A stretch of DNA of 64,000 nucleotides from Thermodesulfobacteriota bacterium (lineage in GTDB: Bacteria > Desulfobacterota > Desulfobulbia > Desulfobulbales > SURF-16). Position numbers and translations under genes: made by a program. The notes under the pieces are model-generated. The model saw nothing but the letters and a program-made list of their open reading frames with translations, was not told where the DNA came from and made no database searches. Below are positions 48,443 to 61,017 of this stretch, piece after piece. The stretch covers positions 64,001-128,000 of the forward strand of contig JBDLIE010000001.1 in NCBI GenBank assembly GCA_039715015.1, read 5' to 3'. Numbering within the stretch: position 1 is the stretch's first letter; each line of letters starts with the position of its first letter.

Positions 48443-49306
48443 ATGGCAGTAAAGCTGGAATTTAAAGGCAGAGATGTTGATGAGGCGGTGAAAGCGGCCT
48501 GTAAGAAGTTTGGCGTTGACCGTGACGTCTTAAATATTGATATTGTTTCCACCGGTTCCACGGGGATTTTTGGCCTTATGCGCCAGCATGCCGTAGTGCG
48601 GGCCTGCTTGAAGAAGGAAGAGTCCGCTGGCAATAACAAAGAAACAAAAAAACCTGCGGAAAAAAAGAAACATTCTAAACCAAAGGCCAAAGCAGCTGCC
48701 AGGGCCCCCCAGGAAAAATCCGGCCAGGATGAAGAGGAGAAGCCTGAAGAAGAAAAGCGTAAACCTCGCCGCCAAAAGGTTGAACCCTCTCCTGTGCCCC
48801 CAGAGTACCATGAGCAGCTTATCTCAGAGCTTAACACCTTACTTTCCTTGATGGGCATGGAATCTGATATTGTCATTGGCGAAGAAAACGGCAAGACCAA
48901 GCTGGAGATCACCGGGGATCATGTTGAGGCCCTGCAGGAACGTGACGGCCAGGCCCTGGACGGTCTCCAGTACCTGCTGCGCAAAATGACCAGTGATAAA
49001 CTGCCTGAGCGTGCCATGTTTGTCGTTGATGCAGGAGATTTTCGGGCAAACAGGCGCAAAGAGCTACAGGAACTGGCGGTCCGTTTGGCTGACGAGGTGA
49101 AGGAGAAGAGCGTCACCCGCACCATTCCTCCCTTAAATCCTTCGGAACGGCGCATCGTTCATATGATGCTTCAGGATGACACAACGATCCGTAGCCGCAG
49201 TGTGGGAAGTGGTCTATTTAAAAAGATTCTCATCTACAAGCCGGGTACCCAGCGCCGCCGGACTGGACGCAAACGGGGAAATCGTTCCCGCACCCCTCGT
49301 AAATAG
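48443..49306 (+). CDS. jag: Jag/KhpB RNA-binding protein
   Basis: Jag N-terminal domain, KH-like region and R3H ERRIVH. Confidence 0.92.
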   Translation: MAVKLEFKGRDVDEAVKAACKKFGVDRDVLNIDIVSTGSTGIFGLMRQHAVVRACLKKEESAGNNKETKKPAEKKKHSKPKAKAAARAPQEKSGQDEEEKPEEEKRKPRRQKVEPSPVPPEYHEQLISELNTLLSLMGMESDIVIGEENGKTKLEITGDHVEALQERDGQALDGLQYLLRKMTSDKLPERAMFVVDAGDFRANRRKELQELAVRLADEVKEKSVTRTIPPLNPSERRIVHMMLQDDTTIRSRSVGSGLFKKILIYKPGTQRRRTGRKRGNRSRTPRK

Positions 49307-49329
49307 ACAAGCTGGGATTGACAATGTTT

Positions 49330-49370
49330 AAAGGGCTTAAAAACGCATCTGCCGTTTTTAAGCCCTTTTT
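49330..49370 (+). terminator. Rho-independent terminator
   Basis: AAAGGGCTTAAAAACG / CGTTTTTAAGCCCTTT stem followed by T residues. Confidence 0.85.
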
Positions 49371-49516
49371 GTTTGGGGCCGGGTTGCTGTCGACAAAGAA
49401 AAGTTTTTAGATAATCTTCGTGCCCTTGTCATTCTTGCTAGGTAAGATAAGAAAATATCTTTGAGCCAGTTTAGGTAATGCTCATCAGAGAGTGCCACTA
49501 ATTTTCCTCACTTCTT

Positions 49517-50905
49517 ATGATCGACCCGCCCCAGGAACCCACCATCGCTGCCATTGCCACACCGCCAGGTCCGGGCGGCATCGGGGTGATCCGCATAAGC
49601 GGTAGTCAGGCCCGTCCCCTGCTGTCCTCCATATTCCATCCCAAAAACAAGAAGAAGCTGCGCAGCCATCAGCTCACCTATGGCCTTATTAAGGACCCAG
49701 GTACAGATGCCATGCTTGATGAGGTCCTTGCCGTTTATATGCAAGGACCCAAGACCTATACCCGGGAAGATGTGGTGGAGATCCACTGCCATGGCAGCTA
49801 TTTGATTCTCGAAAGTGTTCTGGCCCTGTTGTTAAAAGAAGGAGCGCAGCTTGCCGCCCCGGGAGAATTCACCAAGCGGGCCTTTTTGAATGGCCGTATT
49901 GATCTGACCCGGGCTGAGGCGGTTATGGAGCTTCTTGAGGCCAATACCATGGCCCGGGTGGATATGGCCCGTAACCAACTGGGCGGCGGCCTCCATGAAA
50001 CCATTCTCGCTATCCGCCATCAACTCATGACCTGCCGGGGCATCATCGAGGTGGCCATTGATTTCCCTGATGAGGATGTGGAGATCATAGACCCTCAGGT
50101 CATGGGCAAACAGATCAGCCAGGATGTTCTTGCGCCGCTGGCAGCTTTGATCACTGCTGCTGATAAGGGCCGCCTCTACCGTGACGGTATTTCAGTGGTT
50201 ATTCTTGGCCGTCCCAATGTTGGCAAGTCAAGTCTTCTGAACAGCCTGCTCCGGGAAGAGCGGGCCATTGTCACCTCAGTACCGGGTACCACCCGCGATA
50301 CCATTGAGGAGATGTTGACTATCCGCGGTGTTCCTGTTCACATTGTCGACACGGCAGGGATCAGGGATCATGCCGGAGCTGTGGAAGAAATCGGCATTGA
50401 GCGGGCCCGCGCCAAGCTTGAGGAGGCAGACCTTGTTCTTTTCCTTCTTGACGCCACCAGCGGCATTACCCCTGAGGATGAGGATTTACGCAGGGCATTG
50501 CCGGCAAAACCGGTGTTGTATGTGGTTAATAAAATTGATATTGTAAGTGACTATAAGCAGTCGGATTTTCGGGAAAAGCTTAGCGGCTCGCCGCTGGTCT
50601 CCATCTCTGCCAAAGAGGGGCGTGCTATTGATACCCTGGAGCAGGCAGTTTATGATCTTGTCACCGGCGGGGAGGATTGGGATCCTGGTCACGATGTTGT
50701 GCCAAATGTCCGTCACAGGGCAGCCCTTGAAAAGGCAAGGGAGGCAGCAGCCCGTGTCCTTGAAGGGATTAAGGTGGCGCTTCCCCCTGATCTGGTTGCC
50801 GTTGAGTTGCAGGCCACCCTGGATCATCTTGGTGATATTATTGGGGAAACAACCACGGAAGATGTCCTTGATATGATTTTTCAACAATTTTGTCTCGGGA
50901 AGTAA
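49517..50905 (+). CDS. mnmE: tRNA modification GTPase
   Basis: TIAAIATP, GEFTKRAFLNGR, GRPNVGKSS, GTTRD, DTAG, NKID and FCLGK. Confidence 0.97.
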   Translation: MIDPPQEPTIAAIATPPGPGGIGVIRISGSQARPLLSSIFHPKNKKKLRSHQLTYGLIKDPGTDAMLDEVLAVYMQGPKTYTREDVVEIHCHGSYLILESVLALLLKEGAQLAAPGEFTKRAFLNGRIDLTRAEAVMELLEANTMARVDMARNQLGGGLHETILAIRHQLMTCRGIIEVAIDFPDEDVEIIDPQVMGKQISQDVLAPLAALITAADKGRLYRDGISVVILGRPNVGKSSLLNSLLREERAIVTSVPGTTRDTIEEMLTIRGVPVHIVDTAGIRDHAGAVEEIGIERARAKLEEADLVLFLLDATSGITPEDEDLRRALPAKPVLYVVNKIDIVSDYKQSDFREKLSGSPLVSISAKEGRAIDTLEQAVYDLVTGGEDWDPGHDVVPNVRHRAALEKAREAAARVLEGIKVALPPDLVAVELQATLDHLGDIIGETTTEDVLDMIFQQFCLGK

Positions 50906-50906
50906 T

Positions 50907-52430
50907 ATGGCAACGGTCAAGAAAGCCAGTAAGAAAAAACAACCGGATCAGCGCCTTGTTTTTTTGAAAAAAATAGCTTTCTTTGCCACCTTCGATGATC
51001 ATGAGCTTAAACAACTTCTTGCCTTAAGCCGCTGGCTGAAAGTTCCTCCCCATACCCTTATTATCAAAGAAGGTACCACAGACAGGGTGCTCTATATTCT
51101 TGTCCACGGTGAGGTCTCTGTCTTTAAGACGGTGAACAACGCTGAAGTTGAACTCAGCACCTTAAGCACAGGCGCAACTTTTGGCGAGATGGCGATGATC
51201 GCGGAGACCAAGAGAACTGCCGGAGTGCGAACTCTCTCTGATTCGTATGTCCTCATGGTTGAACCTGAGATTCTTAACCATGCCAATGTCTTTTTGCAGC
51301 TCAAGTTTTATAAGCGATTTTGTGAGATTCTTGTCCAGCGCCTGATGGATGCCAATAAAAAGGTCGCTGGTGCTGGAAAAAGAGTTTCCGCTCATCTTGA
51401 CAATGAAAAGAAAAAAGCAAAGCCCGTCCAAGAAGTGAAGAAGAGGGCTCCGGCAGTCAAGCCGCCGCAAAAGGAAGAGATCTCCTGGAAGCTTGTTGTC
51501 GATAGTGCCAAACTGCCTCCCCTTCCTGAACCGAAGTCTGTGGCAAGGTCCCGAATGCAAAGACGGGTACATGCCAACCTCAAACTTGCCATGAATCCAG
51601 CCGTTGCCACATTAATCGAGGTATTTTTGGCAGGAGATTCAGAAGATACTCGGCGTTTTGCTGAGCTGATCTGCTTAGATCCCTTTATGGCTGTCAAGGT
51701 GGTGCAGGTAGCCAACTCCTCTTATTATCGCCGTTCAACAGCAGTAAGCTCGGTGGCCCATGCCCTGGTCACGGTGGGGGTCAAAAATATTCAGAAGGTG
51801 GTGGAAGAAGAGGCACACAAGGTGCTTGATCAGCCACGTTTCTTTGCGGGCTTTAAGAATCTGGGCCGTTCTTTTTGGCGTCACTCGGTGGTTGTGGGCC
51901 GTATTGCCGAGTTGTTGGCCGAGGTTATCCGGGTCCAGACCTATGAGGATATATATCTGGCCGGGTTATTTCATGATATTGGTATTTTGGCATTGGATAT
52001 TCAGGAGCCTGATTTTTATCCTCAGCTCCAACGACTCGGGTTTCTAGACGGAATTACCCTCTGCGAGGCGGAACAGCAATTTATCGGCGCCGATCATTGC
52101 CAGGCAGGTTATTATCTCGGCGAAAAAATGGGTCTACCCAAGGCCTTTCTTGATGCGGCCAAGTTTCATCATAAACCAGAGCAAGCTAAAGAGAACTTGC
52201 TCATTGTTGCCATGGTTTCCCTGGCCGAGCTTTTTGCCGTCAAGCGCGGGATTATTATCGGCTGCCAGGAAAATGCGCATCAGGTCCATCTTGCCGATTC
52301 CTTTGCCTGGATTTTGATCAGAGAGGAGCAAAAAACTTTCATGGATGTTGATGTGGAGGGTTTTGTTCAGGAATTCGATCAGGAGCTGGACCGTTCTTGG
52401 TTAAATATCACCGGAGATATCCCCCTTTGA
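50907..52430 (+). CDS. cNMP-binding + HDOD domain protein
   Basis: FGEMA....RTA; ANSSYY, FWRHS and GLFHDIG. Confidence 0.88.
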   Translation: MATVKKASKKKQPDQRLVFLKKIAFFATFDDHELKQLLALSRWLKVPPHTLIIKEGTTDRVLYILVHGEVSVFKTVNNAEVELSTLSTGATFGEMAMIAETKRTAGVRTLSDSYVLMVEPEILNHANVFLQLKFYKRFCEILVQRLMDANKKVAGAGKRVSAHLDNEKKKAKPVQEVKKRAPAVKPPQKEEISWKLVVDSAKLPPLPEPKSVARSRMQRRVHANLKLAMNPAVATLIEVFLAGDSEDTRRFAELICLDPFMAVKVVQVANSSYYRRSTAVSSVAHALVTVGVKNIQKVVEEEAHKVLDQPRFFAGFKNLGRSFWRHSVVVGRIAELLAEVIRVQTYEDIYLAGLFHDIGILALDIQEPDFYPQLQRLGFLDGITLCEAEQQFIGADHCQAGYYLGEKMGLPKAFLDAAKFHHKPEQAKENLLIVAMVSLAELFAVKRGIIIGCQENAHQVHLADSFAWILIREEQKTFMDVDVEGFVQEFDQELDRSWLNITGDIPL

Positions 52431-52520
52431 TCGTGTAGTGTTGCTATATTCAACACGGAAACGTGTTATGCGTTGCGGCTTTAATCCTTCTTAAAATATT
52501 TCAAAAGTCATCATTAAGAA

Positions 52521-53048
52521 ATGTCTGATAAAAAATGTATCCTTTCCCGGGAAAAATTAGCCCGGCGTGTCGCAGAGCTCGGCCAGGAGATCAGTGAGCG
52601 CTATCAAGGGCGCTCCCTTGTGCTTGTCGGGGTCTTAAATGGAGCTTTTATTTTTATGGCAGATCTGGCCCGCTCACTGACCATTGATGTGGAGCTCGAT
52701 TTTATCCGAGTGGCCAGTTATGGCATGTCGTCCACCTCCTCCGGCACCATTTCACTCAGTAAAGATGTGGAACTTGATCTCACAGGTAAGGATGTTCTGC
52801 TGGTTGAAGATATTATTGATACAGGAAGAACCTTGGCCTGGCTTAAAGAGTTTTTTCGTACTAAAGGAGCTGCTTCGGTTTGCGTCTGTACCCTTATTGA
52901 CAAGAAGGAGCGACGTCAGAACCAGGTTGAGGTGGACTATCTTGGTTTTATCGTTGAGGAGGGTTTTTTGGTGGGTTACGGTCTGGATTGCGCCGAACAG
53001 TTCCGAAACCTTCCTGCGGTGTATCACCTGGAGACCCCCCCACTCTGA
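52521..53048 (+). CDS. hpt: Hypoxanthine phosphoribosyltransferase
   Basis: VLLVEDIIDTGRTL and FLVGYGLD. Confidence 0.95.
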   Translation: MSDKKCILSREKLARRVAELGQEISERYQGRSLVLVGVLNGAFIFMADLARSLTIDVELDFIRVASYGMSSTSSGTISLSKDVELDLTGKDVLLVEDIIDTGRTLAWLKEFFRTKGAASVCVCTLIDKKERRQNQVEVDYLGFIVEEGFLVGYGLDCAEQFRNLPAVYHLETPPL

Positions 53049-53157
53049 CATGGGGCTTCTCCATGGTAATTCCTTGACTTTGGACAAATCTGTCGTAATC
53101 AGGCTGGGAGGGTTCTGCATTAAAAAGATGTTTTTCTAGGGAAAGCAAGAGGAGCAA

Positions 53158-53985
53158 ATGACGGGGAAGATAGGGTGGGGGGCATTGCTGCTGTTTTTTT
53201 GTTGTATTGGAACCTGTTTTTCTGCCCCCATCTTAGAGTCCCAAGTTCAAGAAGGTCATATCGGTAGTCCCGAACTTAATGAAATTTTTGACCTGGCCTC
53301 TTTGATTGATTGCCGCAGCCGTTTTGAGTATGACATTCTGCGCATGAAAAACGCAGTTCAGGTGCCAGCGGCAACTTTGGTCAGGGGGGATCTTGACTGG
53401 CTGCGGAAGAGAAATCCTCGAAAAGCCATTGTTTTTTATTGCAACGCTGATACCTGCTCCAGAAGCCTGTCGGTCTTCGGGCAAGCCGAAAAATGGGGGG
53501 TCAGGAATATTTACCTCTCCCGCCCCGGCATTCGTGAATGGGCGAAGGAACACCCTGATAAAGTTCTCTATTTTGGAAAAATTTTAGGAAATGATAACGA
53601 GGATCTGGACCGGCTTTTTGCCCCGGATCAATCCCAGTCAAACCCTCTGGCTCCCAGTAAGCTTGTTGCCGCCAGCCGTCAGCCTGGGGTTCTTGCTGTT
53701 GATATCCGTGACATAGTTGAGGGAGATCAATACACGATCACCCTTGCTAACCTGCAGCATTACCCGGTGGACAGACTTGTGAAATTCATCAAGAGCGGCA
53801 GCCGGAAAGTGGTCGGCAAAAAGATCTTCAGCCTTGACGCTGAAGGCTGCCAATCGAGCTGGCGTCAATTTCTTTTTGCTGATCTGCAGGTTCCTGATTA
53901 TCTCTTTTTAAAAGGCGGAGCCAGGGCATGGCAAGGGCAGGGTCTTGACGAATTTGGCAACTCTGTTCACAGGGCAGTGAAGTGA
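53158..53985 (+). CDS. Exported tandem rhodanese-like protein
   Basis: Signal peptide; [18 protein letters not shown] and GIREW; second domain VDIRD...FLKGGARAW. Confidence 0.78.
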   Translation: MTGKIGWGALLLFFCCIGTCFSAPILESQVQEGHIGSPELNEIFDLASLIDCRSRFEYDILRMKNAVQVPAATLVRGDLDWLRKRNPRKAIVFYCNADTCSRSLSVFGQAEKWGVRNIYLSRPGIREWAKEHPDKVLYFGKILGNDNEDLDRLFAPDQSQSNPLAPSKLVAASRQPGVLAVDIRDIVEGDQYTITLANLQHYPVDRLVKFIKSGSRKVVGKKIFSLDAEGCQSSWRQFLFADLQVPDYLFLKGGARAWQGQGLDEFGNSVHRAVK

Positions 53986-56900
53986 AAAATATCCGCATCC
54001 AAAATAAACTCTTTCTCAGCTTTCTTGTTATTGCTCTTATAGGAGGGGCAACGGCCCTTGTTAACCTTTTCAGCGCCCGTCAAATCTCCACAGGGGTCTC
54101 CTCTATTGGTCATAATCTAGAAAAGGTGCAGGCCATCATGGTTGTCCATGATCAGATGCAGGCGGTAATGGCCAAGGAAATGCGCCTCCTGGCCCGAGAT
54201 CTTTCCGGTGTTGAGCGGCAAGCTCTTTATGATGAATTAACCGCAAGTTTCAAGGTGCTTGATAAGAAACTTCAAGCCTATGAAGCCCTGGCAGAAGACC
54301 CTCCGGAACAGCAGTTGTTGGCGACTTTCTGGGGCCAATGGCAGCAATGGCGCCAGGAAGGAGAGGCCTATCTTGAGTTGTGCCGTCGCCTTGACAGTAC
54401 AGATATCCTCGACCCTCTTCAGTTTCAAAACCTCCTGTTTAAAAAGAAGGAGGAGGCCTTTCAGTGGCTAATGGCCTTGAACGAGGCAATAAGCAACGAA
54501 GCCTTGTTCAAGGGTCCAATGAGCAAGGATGAGGGCCGTCTTGGTAAATGGCTTTTGGGGATCTCCACTGAGAACAGCTCTCTTGCTGTTGCCGTTGGCA
54601 AGGCCCGTAAATCCCTTGATAATCTCTATCATTCGGCCACCAAGATCAACACCCTTATCGCTTCAGACCGGGTCAAGGTTGGCGGGCTGCTTGCCGCGGT
54701 TTTTGAGAGTGAAACATTACCTGCGAAGCAGGAGCTTTTTACGGCCCTTGATTTGATGATTGTTGAAGCGGATAAGGCAGCAGAAATCTATGCCCTCATG
54801 GGCAGTCAGGTGGATGTCCTGTCGCAGCAGTTTGCCGAGATTAATAAAAATATAGCCCGGTTAACCACCACAAACAGTGAGCAGGCCGATAGGGTAATCG
54901 CTGACAGTCATTATGAAATGACCCGGAGCAATAGCATTTCTGCCCTGGCCTTGCCTCTGGGTGGGGCAGCTGTATTCTTGCTCTCCTTGGTCCTGGGCAA
55001 ACTCTTAGCAAGACCCCTGGTAAACCTTCATAGGGTTATTGAAAATTTTATGGAGAGCGGCGATTTTTCGTCAAAGGTCAAAGTTGAGGGCAACGATGAG
55101 ATTGCCCGTGTTGGCCGCTCGTTTAATGCCATGGTGGATCAGCTTCACTTCTACTATCAGGAGCTTGAAGAGAAGAATGGGGATCTGAGCGAGGCCCAAG
55201 AGGAACTGAGTACCGCAAAGGAAGAGCTGGCAAGGGCAAATTTGGAGTTGGAGTCTCGCAGTGACTCGCTGGCTGCAAATGTCCGGGAGCGCACTGGAGA
55301 ACTGGACGTCCAGCAGGGAAAAATGGAGGAGCTTAATGGCCAATTGGTGCAGAGCAACGACAAGCTTTTCCAGGAGATTGAAGAGCATCGAGCCACCCGC
55401 AAGGAGTTGCAGGCGGCAAAAGATGTTGCTGAGGCGGCTGATCGTACTAAGTCGGCCTTCCTTGCCAATATGAGTCACGAGATCCGCACGCCGATGAATG
55501 CCATTATCGGCTTAACCAGCCTGGCCCTCAAACAGGAGGTCTCAGCAAAGGTTCTTGATTATCTGACCACGGTGAAGAAATCGGCCAGAGGACTTTTGGC
55601 TGTCATCGATGATATTCTTGATTTCTCAAAGATTGAAGCTGGCCATATTGAGCTTGAGAAGATCAATTTCAATCTCAATGATGTTCTCGACAATATCAGG
55701 ACGCTGTTTAACCAAAAAGCACTTGATAAGAATGTCGGTTTTACTGTCCGCAGCCATGATGATGTCCCCTTGCATCTTGTTGGCGACCCACTCCGTCTCA
55801 GCCAGGTTCTGATTAACCTGACCGGCAATGCCTTGCGATTCACCGAAGAGGGGCAGGTGAAAGTAAAGGTTGCTCTCCAGCAGAGCCACGGTAAGAAGGT
55901 GGAGCTTCTTTTTACAGTTTCCGACACCGGCATTGGTATTGATGAGGATCAGCATGAATTTCTTTTTGACGTTTTTTCCCAAGCCGATGAATCAATTTCA
56001 CGGCAATTTGGCGGGGCCGGCCTGGGTCTTGCCATTAGTAAGAGGGTCGTAGAGCGTTGTGGTGGTCAAATATGGCTTGAAAGTGTTCCTGGCCGCGGCT
56101 CGGCCTTTCATTTTTCGGCCCCCTTTGAGCGCCAGGTGCAGGTTGATCTTCCGTCAAAGTATAAGGATATGTTTGTCGGCCGCAGGGTTTTGGTTGTTGA
56201 TGATAATAAGCTGTTCCGCCATTTTATGGCCAAGATGTTTAGCTCTTTCTACTTTGAGGTGGAAAGCGCTGAAACCGGGGAAAATGGCCTGGAAAAATTG
56301 CGGGAAATGGCCAGCCTGCGCGCCTTACCCCATGTGATCCTTCTTGGTCAGACCATGGCGGGGATGGATGGCTTGAGCCTGGTTAAGGTGCTGGCCCAGG
56401 AATCTGTTTTTGCCGATATCCCCGTTATCATGATTTTTGCAGATGGCCAGGATGCCGAGTTGCGGCAAAAGGCCGAAAAATTGGGAGTTAAGGCTGTCTT
56501 AAGTAAACCTGTGAAAAGGGAGCTGCTCCTTTCTGCCCTTGTTATGCTTTTGCCGGGCGCTTCTCCTTCTGGGCTGGCAGAAAAATCACCCAGTACGAAT
56601 CTGCTTTTGGTAGATCGGCGTATTTTGCTTGTTGAGGATAATTCCATCAACCGCAAGGTGGCCTCTGAGCTTCTCCAGAATGCCGGAGCCCAGGTTGAAA
56701 CGGCAGTGGACGGTCTAGACGCCTTGGAAAAGGTGGAAAAGGGCTTTGATGCGGTTTTGATGGACGTTCAGATGCCACGGCTTAACGGTATTGATGCCAC
56801 CAAACAGATCCGTCAGCGTCCTGAACTAAAGAGGTTGCCCATTATTGCCATGACGGCCCGGGCCATGAAAGGCGACCGGGAGAAGTGCCTTGCGGCGGGT

Positions 56901-57637
56901 ATGGATGACTACATCGCCAAGCCCATTGAGCCAGATCTCCTTTTCCAAACATTGACTGATGCCATTGCCAGAGGTAATGGAGAGGGAGTCGTCCAATCCT
57001 CACAAGGGTTGGGTTTCAGTGATGAAGATTTTGTGATCCCGGGTATAGATGTGGACAAGGCCCTGTCTCGGATAAATAACAACGTTGAGCTTTTTAGAAA
57101 GTTACTTGCTGAGTTTAGCGCAGATAATGAAAATGTTATTGGCGACATGCACTCCTACTTCCAAGCTGGACAGACCGAAAAGGTTATTCATATTATCCAC
57201 ACCCTGAAAGGGGTTGCTGGAAATTTAGGGGCAAGTGGCCTTGAGGAGACTGCCAAGGCAGTAGAACACTCTTTGCGCTGGGAGGGCTCCATGCCCTCAG
57301 ATCGGATGGCCAGCTTAGAAAGCCGCCTTCATGAGGTGTTGGAGGGGGTTAGGAGGTATGTGCTAAGAAATAATGGGGAGGCAGAGGGCGCTCATTTTGG
57401 TCCCCTTCCCCCCTTACCAGAAGATGATGAACTGCAGGGTATTTTGTCAACCCTCCACGGCCATGTCGAGGCCAATACACCCAGGGCGGGCAAGTTTCTC
57501 CAGGAACTGCCCATCTACGACAATGAGGATTTTGCACAAGGCCGCAGGGAAATTCAATCCTTGCTTGAACAATTCGATTTTGAGGCGGCAAGGTTTGCCC
57601 TCTTAAGGTTGGCAGAAAAATTGGGGGTACAGATTTA

Positions 57638-57638
<1 letters not shown>
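53982..57638 (+). CDS. Membrane hybrid histidine kinase (periplasmic sensor-HAMP-HisKA-HATPase-REC-REC-Hpt)
   Basis: Two TMs, [41 protein letters not shown] and [12 protein letters not shown]. Confidence 0.93.
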
Positions 57639-59380
<1,742 letters not shown>

Positions 59381-59417
59381 CAGCAGTTCTCATCGGGGGC
59401 CAAGAACCCCTTTCTTA

Positions 59418-60469
59418 TTAGTCATCCTTTTCGGTATGACAGGTATAGCAACCGGTGCCAGCCGGCATATTGACATAGTCCCAGCGCAGCATGTCAGGCT
59501 GATCAGAGCCATGGGCCCGGTGGCAGGAGAGACAGGTAACCACTGTTTCTCCTCGATGAGGAGCTGCAGGAGCGAGGTAGGCTACCGGCGCCTCATTGCT
59601 GTAATTGATGGCCGGGTCATAGGCCGCGTATTCAGTTGCGACGTCGTCCGGCAGTAAAATATCGGTTGGATGGCGGATCCAGGGGCTTGAAACCCCCATG
59701 TCCTCATGGAAGTCTGTGTGGCATCCTTGGCAGAAGGCAGAAGCGGTGTGCTGGTCATTGAGGCCTGAACCCCAGAAATATGTTGCGTCAGTGCCGAGAT
59801 AGACATTGCGGTCTGCGGAGCTGGTTATTGCATTTTGCTCCCAGTCCGGAGCCTCAAGGCCTGAGACATAGGCGCCATCACTCATGTGACCCTTGAGGAA
59901 GCGAAACCATGGTTTGGTGTCGTCGTGATGGGCAACCTCGGTGTGGCAGCCCTGGCAACCGGTTTGCTTAAGAAAGTTCAGGTTCGGATCAAGGGCAAGA
60001 CTCCTGTGACAGCTGTTGGCACAGCCGCTGAAGTTGATGCCCGGCGCCCCCTCGGCTGGGGTGATGTTGTTGTCAGGGACGGAAATTCCAAAAACATTGT
60101 GGCCAAAGACATCATTTGCCGCTGATCCACCGCCTTGGGCAACCCAATAAAAATTACCGCCGGCCAAGGGATTGGTGGGAGCCACGGTATTGTAGACAAT
60201 GGGGGTGCGGTCGACGATGGTCTGGGCTGTGGTGCTTGAGTGACAGCCTATACAGTCCTCAGTGAGCAGGTTGGTGCCGGTGTAACCACCATGGGCGAAC
60301 CGTCCTGACTATCATGCATGGTGTGGCAGTCGGAACAGGCGCCTTGGACCTGGGCTTTAATTGATTCGCTTGCCAAGCAGAAGGTGGCCAGCACTATACA
60401 AAAAAATAACCCCTTGTTTCTCTTTGTATTTTTGAGGCTATATGGGCAGGAGTCAACAGATTCGTTCAT
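59418..60469 (-). CDS. Exported multiheme c-type cytochrome, OmcS-like, split by one frameshift at ~60273
   Basis: The joined frames give a signal peptide plus CSDCH, CIGCH, CANSCH, CQGCH, CQGCH, CLSCH and CYTCH. Confidence 0.85.
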
Positions 60470-60528
60470 CTTCTTTTTTTTCCGGTAAAAGTTCTCTGCG
60501 GTGGCGTTTTGTTGCACAGAATAAGAAG

Positions 60529-60544
60529 AGCAATTTTTGCGCCA
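60529..60544 (-). promoter_or_regulatory. Sigma54 (RpoN) -24/-12 promoter
   Basis: Minus strand TGGCGC-AAAAA-TTGCT, 60 bp upstream of the cytochrome ATG. Confidence 0.7.
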
Positions 60545-60684
60545 CTTTTTTAAAAAAAAGAACGCCTAGTGCAAGCTAGGTTTTTCTTTGAGAAGAAAGG
60601 GGAACAGCAGATTCCCAGGAAATAGAGCAGGGCAAAGGCAGAATCGAAGTGGCCAGAATTTGGTGAGGGGTAGCTAGAAAATGG

Positions 60685-60774
60685 TGGCGGAGAGAGAGGG
60701 ATTCGAACCCTCGGTGGCTTTTACACCACACTCGCTTAGCAGGCGAGCACCATCGGCCTCTCGGTCATCTCTCC
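60685..60774 (-). tRNA. tRNA-Ser(GCT)
   Basis: GGAGAGA acceptor, CTCGC-CTGCTAA-GCGAG anticodon arm, long variable arm, GGTTCGAATCC and GCCA end. Confidence 0.95.
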
Positions 60775-60824
60775 GGCCATGTTTTGAAAGCAGCCCGCTT
60801 AGGGGGCTGAGACATGCAATAAAA

Positions 60825-60910
60825 TGGCGGAGGAAGTAGGATTCGAACCCACGGAGCTTTCGCTCAACGGTTTTCAAGACCGCCGCCTTCGACCACTCGG
60901 CCATTCCTCC
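60825..60910 (-). tRNA. tRNA-Ser(TGA)
   Basis: GGAGGAA acceptor, GCGGT-CTTGAAA-ACCGT anticodon arm, variable arm, GGTTCGAATCC and GCCA end. Confidence 0.95.
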
Positions 60911-61017
60911 ACACACACTCCTGCAGGCAGGAAGAGCCTTTTGTACCATTTCAGAAAAGGGCTGTCAATATCATGCTGCACCATGATTCGGGACTTTTCT
61001 TGAGCTCCCCTTTTATC

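Noticed and set aside
60550..60690. Island integrated at the tRNA-Ser 3' end (encoded CCACCA)
   Set aside because: No integrase and no duplicated tRNA 3' end elsewhere in the window.
60674..60949. 91-aa ORF
   Set aside because: It overlaps two tRNA-Ser genes.
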